A stretch of 64,000 nucleotides of DNA from Chthoniobacteraceae bacterium (GTDB taxonomy: Bacteria; Verrucomicrobiota; Verrucomicrobiia; Chthoniobacterales; Chthoniobacteraceae): assembly GCA_037190965.1 (NCBI GenBank), contig JBBCKI010000004.1, positions 1 to 64,000 of the forward strand. The letters run 5' to 3'. Shown piece by piece: positions 53,729-63,531 of this stretch. Below the pieces are notes generated by a model. It did not search any database. It was not told the origin of the DNA and worked only from the letters and a program-made list of their open reading frames with translations. Each line of letters opens with the position of its first letter. The stretch's first letter is position 1. Both the position numbers and the translations under genes were made by a program.

Positions 53729-53767
53729 CTAGTGTCGTGTCAGGCTAATCCCTTAGCACGACACTAG
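53729..53767. mobile_element. 39-bp internally deleted relative of the CTAG MITE
   Basis: CTAGTGTCGTG 53729-53739/CACGACACTAG 53757-53767; left end matches the 25476 TIR at 14/15 positions. Confidence 0.6.
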
Positions 53768-54936
53768 CAGAAGCTATCCATAATCCTTCCCGCGACCAAT
53801 TCGGGCTCACTCAGGAGGGAGTCTTGCGTGATTTTCTTCGTAAAACGGCTCACCAGCTTTTTCGCGATCTCTTCCGAAGAGATTGCATATCGCGCGACTG
53901 GCAGCGCATAAAAGTGATCGAGCCCTTCGGTCGTCAGAACGATCATTTTTGGAGGTGCTTCTTTTGGACCCAGAGCCGTCTGGATGGCAGCCACAATGCC
54001 TCGGGTCATAATATCATCCTGCAAAATGATTCCGTCCGGAAAGTGCCGTTTGCGTCTCCACTGTTTAATGATAGGCACCATCGCTTGGTAAGCAGCGCGA
54101 TCGACGTGATGCCCGGAGAACTTCGGGTTGCTTGCCAGGTGACTGCCATTAACGATGGCACTGGCTGGAACGCGCAGCCCGGCATTGGAAACCACCTTTC
54201 GAAACTCTCCCAAATGGGCATCATAAGAACCTGCGTAGGAGAAATCACTATAGATAAATGCCAGCTTCTTCGCTCTTTGACGTAAAAGCCACTCAGCCGA
54301 TTCGCGGACAAACCGGGCATGATCAATCTGAACATCGATATCAGGTCGGGGAAAGCTGAATGTTACGTATGGCAGCGCCTGGTCGGCCCCAACTGAGGCA
54401 GGCACCTGGCCGCTGATGACAACGAAACCAATAAAACGCTGATAGCGGAGATCGTAGCTAAGTTCATTGATCGATCGTTCGCCCTCCCCGGATTTTAGGT
54501 CGACCAGACAATGATAAGTCCTGGGATTCAGTCCTGCGTCATTGACCTCATTCTTCACCGCCGTCGCAATGTAACGCGAGGCGTGGCTCTGCTCGGAGAG
54601 CAAGTTGGGTCCGACAAGGATACCCACTGAAGGCCTGGCTGACTTCAGCATTACAAAAGTCCCCCGCCGCGGGTGCCTGCTCACAAGGCCCTGTCCATCG
54701 AGAATCTCCATGGTTCTCTGAACACAGGTAATCGAGACCCCCAAAAGGCGCACCAAGTCCAAGGTCGGTGGCAACCGCTCCCCGTCACTGAACTTTCCCG
54801 CCCGGATAGCCCTTTCAATTTGCAGCGCGATCTGCTTGTGCAGAGGGACTGCAGAGCCGTTCGAAAGTTGAATATCTCGAAAAACTTTCTGAATCATCTG
54901 CCCCATCTTCGAGCAATCTGTCCGTTTTAGCAACAT
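53764..54936 (-). CDS. GntR winged-HTH regulator with periplasmic-binding-fold effector domain
   Basis: PLHKQIALQIERAIRAG..GERLPP..LGVS..VQR..L..QGLVSRHPRRGTFV; PDGIILQDD. Confidence 0.87.
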   Translation of the reverse strand: MLLKRTDCSKMGQMIQKVFRDIQLSNGSAVPLHKQIALQIERAIRAGKFSDGERLPPTLDLVRLLGVSITCVQRTMEILDGQGLVSRHPRRGTFVMLKSARPSVGILVGPNLLSEQSHASRYIATAVKNEVNDAGLNPRTYHCLVDLKSGEGERSINELSYDLRYQRFIGFVVISGQVPASVGADQALPYVTFSFPRPDIDVQIDHARFVRESAEWLLRQRAKKLAFIYSDFSYAGSYDAHLGEFRKVVSNAGLRVPASAIVNGSHLASNPKFSGHHVDRAAYQAMVPIIKQWRRKRHFPDGIILQDDIMTRGIVAAIQTALGPKEAPPKMIVLTTEGLDHFYALPVARYAISSEEIAKKLVSRFTKKITQDSLLSEPELVAGRIMDSFC

Positions 54937-55034
54937 CGAACCGACTGAACCAAACCCTTAATTCGGCAAAAATTATCGTTCGTTAACCCTTCGGCCTTTA
55001 GACGCGCATCGGCCATCGGCCCCAGTCAAGACTT

Positions 55035-56099
55035 CTATGAAGAAGCCGAGGCCCTCATCGAAGCCCCGGCACACATGAACGGCCCGATTTTGATTACGGT
55101 GCCGGTGCGTGATGCCTTCTCCGCGGCAAACACGGCAGCCACCGCCATCGCACCGTCAAAAAGCGAAGGACAGCGCATTTCCCCCGTGCGAACAGCCTCG
55201 TAGAAAGCCTTGATGTTTCCGGCATCATCGTTCGGCTCGAGAACTTCGACGGCCTCCCGAAATTCGACGCTGCCTTCAAAACCAACCCTCTGCTTCATTA
55301 TCCTAAACTCCCTATCGGGATGAAAGTCATCGCGATAAACGTTCATGCGCGTCCCATAAACGGAAAGTGTGTGCCGATAGGGAGTCACATGATACGCGCA
55401 GAGCATTCCAATCACCCCGGATTCGAAGGCTAGGTGACAGGTCGCCGCATCCGCCGTCCCTGTAGAATGCACGTCATAACGCAACCGGGCGGAAACCTCC
55501 GTCACCGGTCCGAAATAGTACATGAGTTCGTGAAGCGCATGGACCCCGCAATGAAAAAGCATCCCGCCGGGATTCTTGTCCGGATCCCCCCGCCAGTCGC
55601 CCGGGGCAATATTGAACCCTCCCGAATGGGCGGTGGTCTTTTCGAAAGCCACAATGTCACCCAACTCTCCTTTGTCGATCATCTGCTTGAGCGTTCTAGG
55701 CAACGCTTGCCGGCTCAAGTCCTCGTGCCCCACTCCTACGGGAAGCCCGGTCTCGCGCTGGAGTGCGAGAATTTCCATCAACTCTTCGTTCGTCGCACAC
55801 AATGGCTTCTCAACGAATACCGGAAGCCCATGTTTCAGTGCCTGGATAATCTGCTCCGCATGGAACTTTGCACCGGTCGAAATAAAAACCGCCTCCAAGC
55901 CGGGGGTTTCAAGCAGTTCCTGATAGGATCTGCATGCCCGCGCGGATTCTTCAACCGCCGCCTTCTTCAATTGAGATTCATTCCAATCGTAAAGCGCTAC
56001 GATATCGTATAGCCCCGAGTTCCGGAGGGTCGTGCGCCTCCAGCCTCCGAAGTTACCAACGCCGATCTGCCCCACCCGCAGAGGGGATGGCCTATTCAT
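55035..56099 (-). CDS. Gfo/Idh/MocA oxidoreductase
   Basis: GQIGVGNFG, VFVEKPL, WRGD..PGGMLFHCGVHALH. Confidence 0.9.
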   Translation of the reverse strand: MNRPSPLRVGQIGVGNFGGWRRTTLRNSGLYDIVALYDWNESQLKKAAVEESARACRSYQELLETPGLEAVFISTGAKFHAEQIIQALKHGLPVFVEKPLCATNEELMEILALQRETGLPVGVGHEDLSRQALPRTLKQMIDKGELGDIVAFEKTTAHSGGFNIAPGDWRGDPDKNPGGMLFHCGVHALHELMYYFGPVTEVSARLRYDVHSTGTADAATCHLAFESGVIGMLCAYHVTPYRHTLSVYGTRMNVYRDDFHPDREFRIMKQRVGFEGSVEFREAVEVLEPNDDAGNIKAFYEAVRTGEMRCPSLFDGAMAVAAVFAAEKASRTGTVIKIGPFMCAGASMRASASS

Positions 56100-56599
56100 T
56101 GTTCACCTTCCGAAAAAAGTTCGTCATCCCGTTATCGCTCCGCACCTTCGTCGAGGCAAGCCAACATCCATTCCTTAAAACAGGCTTCTTCTCAGGGAAA
56201 ATCCCGTCGGGGTTCATAGTTTTCAACATTGAGCTTCACCATTCCCATTTATTCTACCTCCTGACAAGCACCAAAAATAGCAAAACTCTTTTTTGCTCCT
56301 CTCCTCTCATTTCGTTAACACGACCTAGTCAAATTTCCATCTCACGCCGCAGGCGGCGGGAGATCCGACTGAAAGAACTTTTATTGACAAAGCCGCATCG
56401 AGCCGCCACCCTCACGCATAGCGAGCACCCTTTCTTGAGGTCCATTTTCAGTTATTCTAGGTTGTGTTTAGGAAGATGAAGCCGAGTCGTGATCGGCGGA
56501 TACGTTTTGGACGGCGAAATGGTGAGCTGTTAAAATTTCAGATCCGAGGAGGTCGCAAATAGTGATCACTAGGCGACGTCGAAAGATTGCATTACCCGA

Positions 56600-58798
56600 A
56601 TGGAGCCAGTAGCCAACATGATCCATCATTACACAATTGCACAGCACAAGGGGCGCCCGCTCCTCTTTGAGAACGACCAGCCACGCTCTTTGGTCATGTA
56701 TTGTCCCGGCAACGCTATCGGCAATCAGTCGCGGGAGGACGTGGATCGGTTCCTTGATGCTGGCATCACGGATTTCTATTTATGGATGGGGCGTCACGAG
56801 AAAGAACCCGATGGAATGACGACGCCGTTCTGGAAAGGGGCCGATGAACTTGGGGAACCTGTTTTTATCTCTCCGGAACGATTCTATTCTCTGCCCGAGA
56901 AAATCGCCTATATTGTGGAACGCTGCCCGGAAGCTCGATTTTTGCTCCGTTACTATGCGCATCCTACCAAACAGTGGAAGGCAAAGTACCGGGAAGAGAT
57001 GGCAGTCGATGAAACAGGATCGATTCTCGATGAGACATCGCTAGCCAGCGAAAGGTACGAGGATGATCACCGGCGTGTTCTGCTGCACATGATTCATTGG
57101 GTCGAGCAGCAGCCGTGGGCATGGCGCATCCTTGGATATATCTCCCTGCATGAGTTTGAAGGCACCACGGAAAATGGCTGTAAGGGGATGCTTTTCGATT
57201 ACAGCGAACCGATGCAGGCGGCCTTTCGCGAGTTTGCTCCGCAATGGGAGGGCGTCCCGCTCAACCGATTCGCCAGGCGCGATAAGGAGGAACTCAAACA
57301 TTGGCCCGATCCCGCAACCACATCGGCAGAGCGGGACTATTTCGAATTGCAGCGCCAGCTGTTTTTCCGGCGCTGTCAGCGGTTTTTGAGTACGGCCAGG
57401 GAAGCGCTCAACGGTCGCAGAGTCTTGCTGGGAATGGATGCATTGAAGCAGGGGATGCAGGGGTGGATCTGCTATCCCTTTTTCTCGGGTAAAGCACCGA
57501 GGGTACATTATGGGCATATACTTGCGGCATCCGGTTCGATCGGGGTGGATAAAGTCTTCGAAATTCCCGGGTTCAATACTCTCAACACACCGTATGATTA
57601 TACCTTCCGCCATATGGGAGGCTCGCCCGAACCGGAAGGGATTGTCGATAGCTGCGTGCTTCGCGGAAGAATGTTTCTGGTCGAGGATGACTGCCGCAGT
57701 TTCACGGCTAGCGAAAATGAAAGCTATGGCTACTTCCGGAACCAACAGGAAGCAGAAGCCGGTTTGTGGCGCAATGCGGCAGCAGCCATCGCGCGCGGCT
57801 ATCAGGCCTATTGGATGGACGTCACAGGTTTTCCTTCTCCCCGGGGCGGATATTTCCGCGATCCTGCGATCATGAATGTCATCAAGTCGATTGCGCCTGT
57901 CATGAGGGCGAGTATCGACTGGGAACATGCAGAGGTGCCGGGCATTGCGGTGGTGCTCGACGACCGAGCGGCGTTGTCGGAAAATTTTTCCGCGGATTTT
58001 CAAAATCTATCGGTGATGTGGCAGAGGTTGACAGGGCTGGCCCAGGCTGGCGTGCCCTATCGTGTTTATCTCTGGGAAGATCTTCTTATGGACAGCTTTC
58101 CCGACCATCGGCTCTTTATCTTTCCAAATCTTTTCCGGGTGGATCAGGAGCGATTCGACATCCTACGGGAGCGGGTCTGTCGCGATGGACGTGTGGTGCT
58201 TTGGGGACCGGGGACCGCAATCAGCGATGGGTGTCAGCTCGGCGCCGAGTGGGCCAGCAGGGTGACAGGAATACCGATGACCCTGTTTGGGGATTGTTTT
58301 TCGCGGCGCGTGGTATTGACGAAATTCGACCACCCAATTACCGAGCGATTGCACGGCTCGCTCTCTTATGGCGACGGCACTCCCTACGGGCCAACGCTGC
58401 TTCCGGAATGGGACCCTTCCCTCTCCGAACAAGGCATCGTGCTAACCGCGCGCGGAGTAAACCGTCCCGGTCTGGTCATCAAGGAACTGGGCGAAGGGAA
58501 CCAGCGCTGGACGAGCGTGTTTACAGCGGCGGTTCCGGTTCCCGCAGTCCTGATCCGAGAGATGGCACGTCATGCCGGCGCCAACATCTATTCAGAGGAA
58601 AATGACGTGATCCTCGCCTCCCGAAATTTCCTAGGTGTGCATTCTGTTCGTGCCGGACGGCGACGGATCAAGCTGCCGGAGGTTTCCGAAATCAGGGATG
58701 CCCTCTCGGGAGAGTTGATCAGCCCTGCCGCCGATGAGATCGAACTGGTGGTCACCCCGCCACAGACCCGTCTTTTCCGCATCAATCCGAAAGGGTAA
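56600..58798 (+). CDS. Putative glycoside hydrolase, GH42-like (TIM barrel + trimerisation domain)
   Basis: SLASE, DYSEPMQAAFR, TPYDY..R, EDDCRS; C-terminal IAVVLD..GVPYRVYL.EDL..RLFIFPN; no signal peptide. Confidence 0.65.
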   Translation: MEPVANMIHHYTIAQHKGRPLLFENDQPRSLVMYCPGNAIGNQSREDVDRFLDAGITDFYLWMGRHEKEPDGMTTPFWKGADELGEPVFISPERFYSLPEKIAYIVERCPEARFLLRYYAHPTKQWKAKYREEMAVDETGSILDETSLASERYEDDHRRVLLHMIHWVEQQPWAWRILGYISLHEFEGTTENGCKGMLFDYSEPMQAAFREFAPQWEGVPLNRFARRDKEELKHWPDPATTSAERDYFELQRQLFFRRCQRFLSTAREALNGRRVLLGMDALKQGMQGWICYPFFSGKAPRVHYGHILAASGSIGVDKVFEIPGFNTLNTPYDYTFRHMGGSPEPEGIVDSCVLRGRMFLVEDDCRSFTASENESYGYFRNQQEAEAGLWRNAAAAIARGYQAYWMDVTGFPSPRGGYFRDPAIMNVIKSIAPVMRASIDWEHAEVPGIAVVLDDRAALSENFSADFQNLSVMWQRLTGLAQAGVPYRVYLWEDLLMDSFPDHRLFIFPNLFRVDQERFDILRERVCRDGRVVLWGPGTAISDGCQLGAEWASRVTGIPMTLFGDCFSRRVVLTKFDHPITERLHGSLSYGDGTPYGPTLLPEWDPSLSEQGIVLTARGVNRPGLVIKELGEGNQRWTSVFTAAVPVPAVLIREMARHAGANIYSEENDVILASRNFLGVHSVRAGRRRIKLPEVSEIRDALSGELISPAADEIELVVTPPQTRLFRINPKG

Positions 58799-58832
58799 GG
58801 CCTCGACGTAAGGCATGCCGCTGAGCAAACGC

Positions 58833-58865
58833 TTGACGTTTTGCAATGTATCCATTTATTCTACC
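58833..58865 (+). promoter_or_regulatory. Putative sigma70 promoter of vccA, overlapped by the repeated motif CCATTTATTCTACC
   Basis: TTGACG 58833-58838, 18 bp spacer, TATTCT 58857-58862; the 14-mer 58852-58865 is identical to 56245-56258. Confidence 0.55.
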
Positions 58866-58874
58866 CCTCCAGCC

Positions 58875-61800
58875 ATGATTTATTTTAGGCAAGCTACTGC
58901 GACATGGAGGCGTTTTGTCCGAAGGAATCCCGCGCATCATAGACGACCGACTTTTCGCCAAAGAAAGAACCAGAAAGGTTGGGCGCTCTTTCTCATTCTG
59001 GTGGTACTTGCGATCCTCTCCGTGGTGATTCTCGCTTTCCTATCTTCGACGAGAACCGACCTCGCCATGAGTTCGGCTTATAACTACTCGAACCAATCAC
59101 GCATGACCGCCGAGAGCATCGGCAATCTTATTGTCGGACAGATTCGGCAGGCCACCTCCCAGCCCAAAGCGACGTGGATCACCCAACCCGGCCTCATCAG
59201 GACATTTCTGGAGGACGGTTCTGTAGGCCCTGCCTACAAGCTCTACTCTTCGAACGTCATGATCGCCGCGGGAGGCTTTGACCCCGAAGCAGCCCTCAAC
59301 ACAGAGGTTCCAGGCGATTGGCCTTCAAGGCCGGACCAGTTTTTTGATCTCAATCGGCCGATAAAGAATGCGACCGGCCAATGGATTTATCCCATTCTCA
59401 ATCCTGCGGCGGAAGGCGTGATCGAAGGGTTCAAGAATCTTAGCGCCGAAAAACAAATCGCTGCGGGCACGGCGCCCGCCTACACAGCTCCCAGTGCAAA
59501 GCCTTTGCCCATGCCAGTCCGGTGGCTCTATGAATTGGAAGACGGAACACTGGCCGCCCAAGGGGACGATGGCAAGATCCCAGGAACAAGCGCGTCCAAT
59601 CCGCCGGTTGCCCGGTTGGCTTTTTGGACGGATGATGAAACCTGCAAGATCAACCTGAATACCGCATCCTCGGGCATGTATTGGGACGCCCCGCGCGGGA
59701 GGGGGAACAACTTCGAAAAGGGGGACTTCGCTACCGGCGCGGCGGGAAGCGATCCCATTGTCGCCAAGACGGGGCTGGCCGCTTCTCCGCCCGGGCAGGG
59801 GGAATATAATCGCTATCCCGGGCACCCCGCGACCACTTCGCTCGACGTCGTCCTTTCCAATACCGCCTTCTTCACGACTATTCTTGACGATACAGAGAGG
59901 CGAAAAAAGATCCTCTCCTACTCTCCTCGGATCAGGTTTGGGGGTTCCAAGTTCGGATCGGCCTTCCCGCAGAAGAAAGACGCCATCGTACCGGGAAGCG
60001 AGAGACTCTACGCCACCATCGACGAGTACTTTTACTCGCCAAACCGATCGCCCAACAACGATGGAAAAAACGGCATCCTTGCGGACAAGCTCGATCTCGC
60101 CCGTTTCTTCCTGACGACCAATAGCCGCTCCCCGGAAGCGACGGTCTTTAATACCCCACGGGTCACCATCTGGCCCATGCCCCGCAACAAGGCAGATAGG
60201 ACCCCCTATGACACAACCATCGCCTTCTGCTCGAGCATCGGCGGACGGGAATACTTGTTCACCCGGGGAAAGTTTTTGGACGGCGCCTTTAGTCTGTCCA
60301 GCAACAACACCCTCACCGGCGCCAGCACCATTCCCGCTCTAAATCCCACCATGGATTTCACTACAACAAATAGTGAAATTTATGACTACCTATATCATGA
60401 GATGCAGCGTTCCATTCCGGGTTACGGCGCCTCGCTGCAAGACAAATTCCAGGGCGATACTTCCTCAATATTGACCCTCATCTACGATTACATCCGCTCG
60501 ACCAATCTCTACGACTTGAGCGCGCCAAATTCCGCTCCGTACACATCCCGGCCGTTCCTGCAAAATGAACTGGTCAAGTATCTCGGCGTGCCGACGGCAG
60601 GTGCGAGCCACTCCTCAACGGATATTGCTTCACTGGCAAGGCCCAGTTATAGCGATTCAAGTCCAGCAACCTATTATCATCACATCGGCAGCGCCTATGT
60701 CGGCCAGGTTGTCCCGATCAACATCACGCGCAACGGTAATACCACCCGCGGGTTGGGACGTTTTCCGGTCATCACCGGAGCCACCCTGGTCCTTTTCGCT
60801 ACTGATCCCGTCGACATGACCTTGAAATATGAAGACTGGAAGGACCCTCAAGATGAAACTTACGCCAAACACAAAGCTCCAACTGCCGTCCCCGAATTCG
60901 CCTCCTTTTCTCCGTCGCAAACGCCTCCCGTCCCTGCTCACCCGGCCTCAAAAATCCAGGCATTTCTGCTATTTTCTGTAGCCACCCCAAGCGCGGGCGC
61001 TTTAGGGCACGCATTCAGTTACGATCTGGAAGTCACAGGGCTCGATGGTGCCCAATTAACGACGGTGAACGAATTGGGGTCCCCGACAACCGTCCCGATG
61101 GGATTCCCACCGCTCGCGATCAATCGAGTTGCTTCCGGAATCCAAGGCACGATCGGACTGAGCGCCAACTTCGTGCAAATGAAGGGGGTTCCAAATTGGG
61201 GGAACCCCTTCACTTACGCCGCGATGAAAACACTGGGAGAGCCTTCCCTCTATAACATCAGATCAAAAACTGCCATTACCCCTGCCACGGGAGATAACGC
61301 CCACGTCTATCCATTTGTCAGCGCAATTCTCCCGATTAATGGCAGCCCTACCGTCAGCTTTGGCGACGTGACCATGAACGTTACCATCAAGGTCGACAAC
61401 AACTCACTCCAAACCTACACCATCAAACTCCCTGCCTTTACCGCACCCGCGCCGAAATGGGCCCTATTGGGAAAAGAAAAGATAAACTCAGATAACACAG
61501 TTATTCATCATTGGTACGACTCTCTCGTCTCGGGGCGAGACGCCAAGGAAAGGGGCCGTCTGCTCGGCCTCGGCGGCGATACGCGTTATAGCAACGGCAT
61601 GAATATCCCGTTTGCCGGCGAGGAGAGGAATCTTCCTACGTTAATCTTGCCCTATGACCTAGACGTGGTGCGTGGAGTCGAGCTTGTCCACGGCGACTTT
61701 CGTTTGATCGGAGGCACGCCCATCGTACCCGAAACTGAATACCAAAAGTGCGATGGCTATGATGACTCCTCCCGCTTCCAGGCCTGCAATCTTATTCTGC

Positions 61801-63011
61801 ATCCAAAGAGCAGCTTTGGGCGGTTAACCCCAGGCAATGCCCCTGAGGATATCCTACCCAAGCTGGGCCTGCCCAGCCGCTTGACTGCTGCCCTGCGTAA
61901 GGACGGAAAGCCGGGGGATTGGGATGCAGGCATGCCCTTTGTGAACGGCTATGGAGACGGATGGGCCGATTCCGGGCCCTATATCAACAAGGCCGACGAC
62001 GGAGCATTTGGCTACAGGGCAAATTCCACGGGCACGCCCGTTGTTCCCTATTTTCGCTCCGCAGCCTCGCTCGTCATGGAGCAGAACGCCTATACACCCA
62101 ATCGAATTCTGCCATCTGCCGTGATGTTCGGCTCGCTACCCGTTGGAGTGGTACGAGGTCTCCCCTGGCAGACCCTCCTCTTCCGGCCCGATTACCCGTC
62201 CCATCCCGGCGCGAGTTCTCCCCCCGATCATTTGGTGCTCGACCTCTTTGCAATGCCTACAGTCGAGCCCTACCCCATTAGCGAACCATTCTCTACCGAT
62301 GGCAAAGTCAACCTGAACTTTCAGATCGCTCCTTTTACCTACATCAAGCGGGACACCGCGCTCCGGGCCGTGCTGCACGCCACGCGCCTTTTTGCCGTCC
62401 CCGCAACGAACGCTTACCTGAATGTCTTTGATTACGCGGGCACTACAGCAGCCGCAGGAGTGAGATACAACTATCGCTATCCCATCAACAGGGACGCGAC
62501 TATGAAACTCTTCGAGGATCGCCTAGCCTCCAACAAGCCCTTCCTCACCGCCTCCGCCATTTGTGAGATGCCCCTCGTGCCTAAGCCCGAAAGCTTGGTG
62601 GCATCAGGAATCCAGCCACAATCCGATACTCCGTTTCAAGCAACCCTTTCCGACTCCGCATCGGTTTCGGTGATCGATACCTACCTCAAAAATTTCTGGG
62701 ACACTTGGGGTAACGGCACGGCTGACAACCTTCGGGAGCGGCCGTACACCACCATCTACCCTCGTGTCACCGCCCGATCGAATACCTTCACCGTGCACAT
62801 GTGTGTTCAGCGGCTGAAAAGATCACCAAGCTCGGAGGCTGATACTTTCAACAGCTCCAAAGGCGGCCAAATCACCAGCGAGTACCGCGGTTCAGTCAGC
62901 ATCGAGCGTTTCCTTGACGCCAACAACACCGATTTCGAAATTGACCAGGCAGGCAGCCAACTCGGGCCCTATTTGTTTAGAGTCACCAACTTCAGAGAGT
63001 TCTCCCCCTGA
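58875..63011 (+). CDS. vccA: Verru_Chthon cassette protein A; start re-chosen at ATG 58875
   Basis: KG|WALFLILVVLAILSVVILAF leader; AYKLYSS, PMPVRWLY, RLAFWTDDETCKINLNTA, YPGHPATTSL, PWQTLLFRP, PDHLVLDLF..VEPYPISEPFST.GKVNLN, ERPY..IYPRVT.RSNTFTVH. Confidence 0.92.
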   Translation: MIYFRQATATWRRFVRRNPAHHRRPTFRQRKNQKGWALFLILVVLAILSVVILAFLSSTRTDLAMSSAYNYSNQSRMTAESIGNLIVGQIRQATSQPKATWITQPGLIRTFLEDGSVGPAYKLYSSNVMIAAGGFDPEAALNTEVPGDWPSRPDQFFDLNRPIKNATGQWIYPILNPAAEGVIEGFKNLSAEKQIAAGTAPAYTAPSAKPLPMPVRWLYELEDGTLAAQGDDGKIPGTSASNPPVARLAFWTDDETCKINLNTASSGMYWDAPRGRGNNFEKGDFATGAAGSDPIVAKTGLAASPPGQGEYNRYPGHPATTSLDVVLSNTAFFTTILDDTERRKKILSYSPRIRFGGSKFGSAFPQKKDAIVPGSERLYATIDEYFYSPNRSPNNDGKNGILADKLDLARFFLTTNSRSPEATVFNTPRVTIWPMPRNKADRTPYDTTIAFCSSIGGREYLFTRGKFLDGAFSLSSNNTLTGASTIPALNPTMDFTTTNSEIYDYLYHEMQRSIPGYGASLQDKFQGDTSSILTLIYDYIRSTNLYDLSAPNSAPYTSRPFLQNELVKYLGVPTAGASHSSTDIASLARPSYSDSSPATYYHHIGSAYVGQVVPINITRNGNTTRGLGRFPVITGATLVLFATDPVDMTLKYEDWKDPQDETYAKHKAPTAVPEFASFSPSQTPPVPAHPASKIQAFLLFSVATPSAGALGHAFSYDLEVTGLDGAQLTTVNELGSPTTVPMGFPPLAINRVASGIQGTIGLSANFVQMKGVPNWGNPFTYAAMKTLGEPSLYNIRSKTAITPATGDNAHVYPFVSAILPINGSPTVSFGDVTMNVTIKVDNNSLQTYTIKLPAFTAPAPKWALLGKEKINSDNTVIHHWYDSLVSGRDAKERGRLLGLGGDTRYSNGMNIPFAGEERNLPTLILPYDLDVVRGVELVHGDFRLIGGTPIVPETEYQKCDGYDDSSRFQACNLILHPKSSFGRLTPGNAPEDILPKLGLPSRLTAALRKDGKPGDWDAGMPFVNGYGDGWADSGPYINKADDGAFGYRANSTGTPVVPYFRSAASLVMEQNAYTPNRILPSAVMFGSLPVGVVRGLPWQTLLFRPDYPSHPGASSPPDHLVLDLFAMPTVEPYPISEPFSTDGKVNLNFQIAPFTYIKRDTALRAVLHATRLFAVPATNAYLNVFDYAGTTAAAGVRYNYRYPINRDATMKLFEDRLASNKPFLTASAICEMPLVPKPESLVASGIQPQSDTPFQATLSDSASVSVIDTYLKNFWDTWGNGTADNLRERPYTTIYPRVTARSNTFTVHMCVQRLKRSPSSEADTFNSSKGGQITSEYRGSVSIERFLDANNTDFEIDQAGSQLGPYLFRVTNFREFSP

Positions 63012-63042
63012 TCTCCCAAGCGCCCCTCTACTCCTCCCCCCC

Positions 63043-63531
63043 ATGACTCCAAAGCACTTTGCCGAATATCAGCCCCCACCAGGCCGCTCTGCACACCGGG
63101 CGTCGGCCTTCTCATTGGTCGAAATCGTCCTCGCCCTCTCGATTCTTTCATTTGGACTAGTTGCCCTGCTGGGGCTCTTCCCGGTCGGGCTCGGAGCGTT
63201 CCGCAATTCCAAGGAGAAGGTCACTCATGGAGAAATCATCAAACTGCTTGCTTCCGAGCTCTCCTCCATGAGGTTTGATCAACTCGCTAGTGTCCGGGGC
63301 AAACCCTACTATTTTGCAGAGGATGGTTCCCCTGTGATCGATACCAACGAGTCATTCGTTTATCGCGTCGAGATCGACGTAGTTCAGCCGAACACCCCCC
63401 TGCCGACAGGCACCACGTCCCCAGCGTCTCTGTCCGATTGCAGCACCGTGCAGATCCGCATCGCTCACGCTCGGCCCGAGAACGCAACACCGTGGCGCTA
63501 CAATCTCATCATCGCCAACCGAGGCTTATGA
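63043..63531 (+). CDS. vccB: Verru_Chthon cassette protein B (pilin-like); start re-chosen at ATG 63043
   Basis: A|FSLVEIVLALSILSFGLVALLGLFPVGL; YFAEDG; follows vccA directly. Confidence 0.88.
   Translation: MTPKHFAEYQPPPGRSAHRASAFSLVEIVLALSILSFGLVALLGLFPVGLGAFRNSKEKVTHGEIIKLLASELSSMRFDQLASVRGKPYYFAEDGSPVIDTNESFVYRVEIDVVQPNTPLPTGTTSPASLSDCSTVQIRIAHARPENATPWRYNLIIANRGL

Noticed and set aside
8300..58003. Long antisense ORFs (e.g. 8300-9424, 22774-23859, 31632-32663, 47708-48766, 57041-58003)
   Set aside because: Each lies wholly or almost wholly opposite well-supported genes and lacks motifs; expected from GC-rich codon bias.
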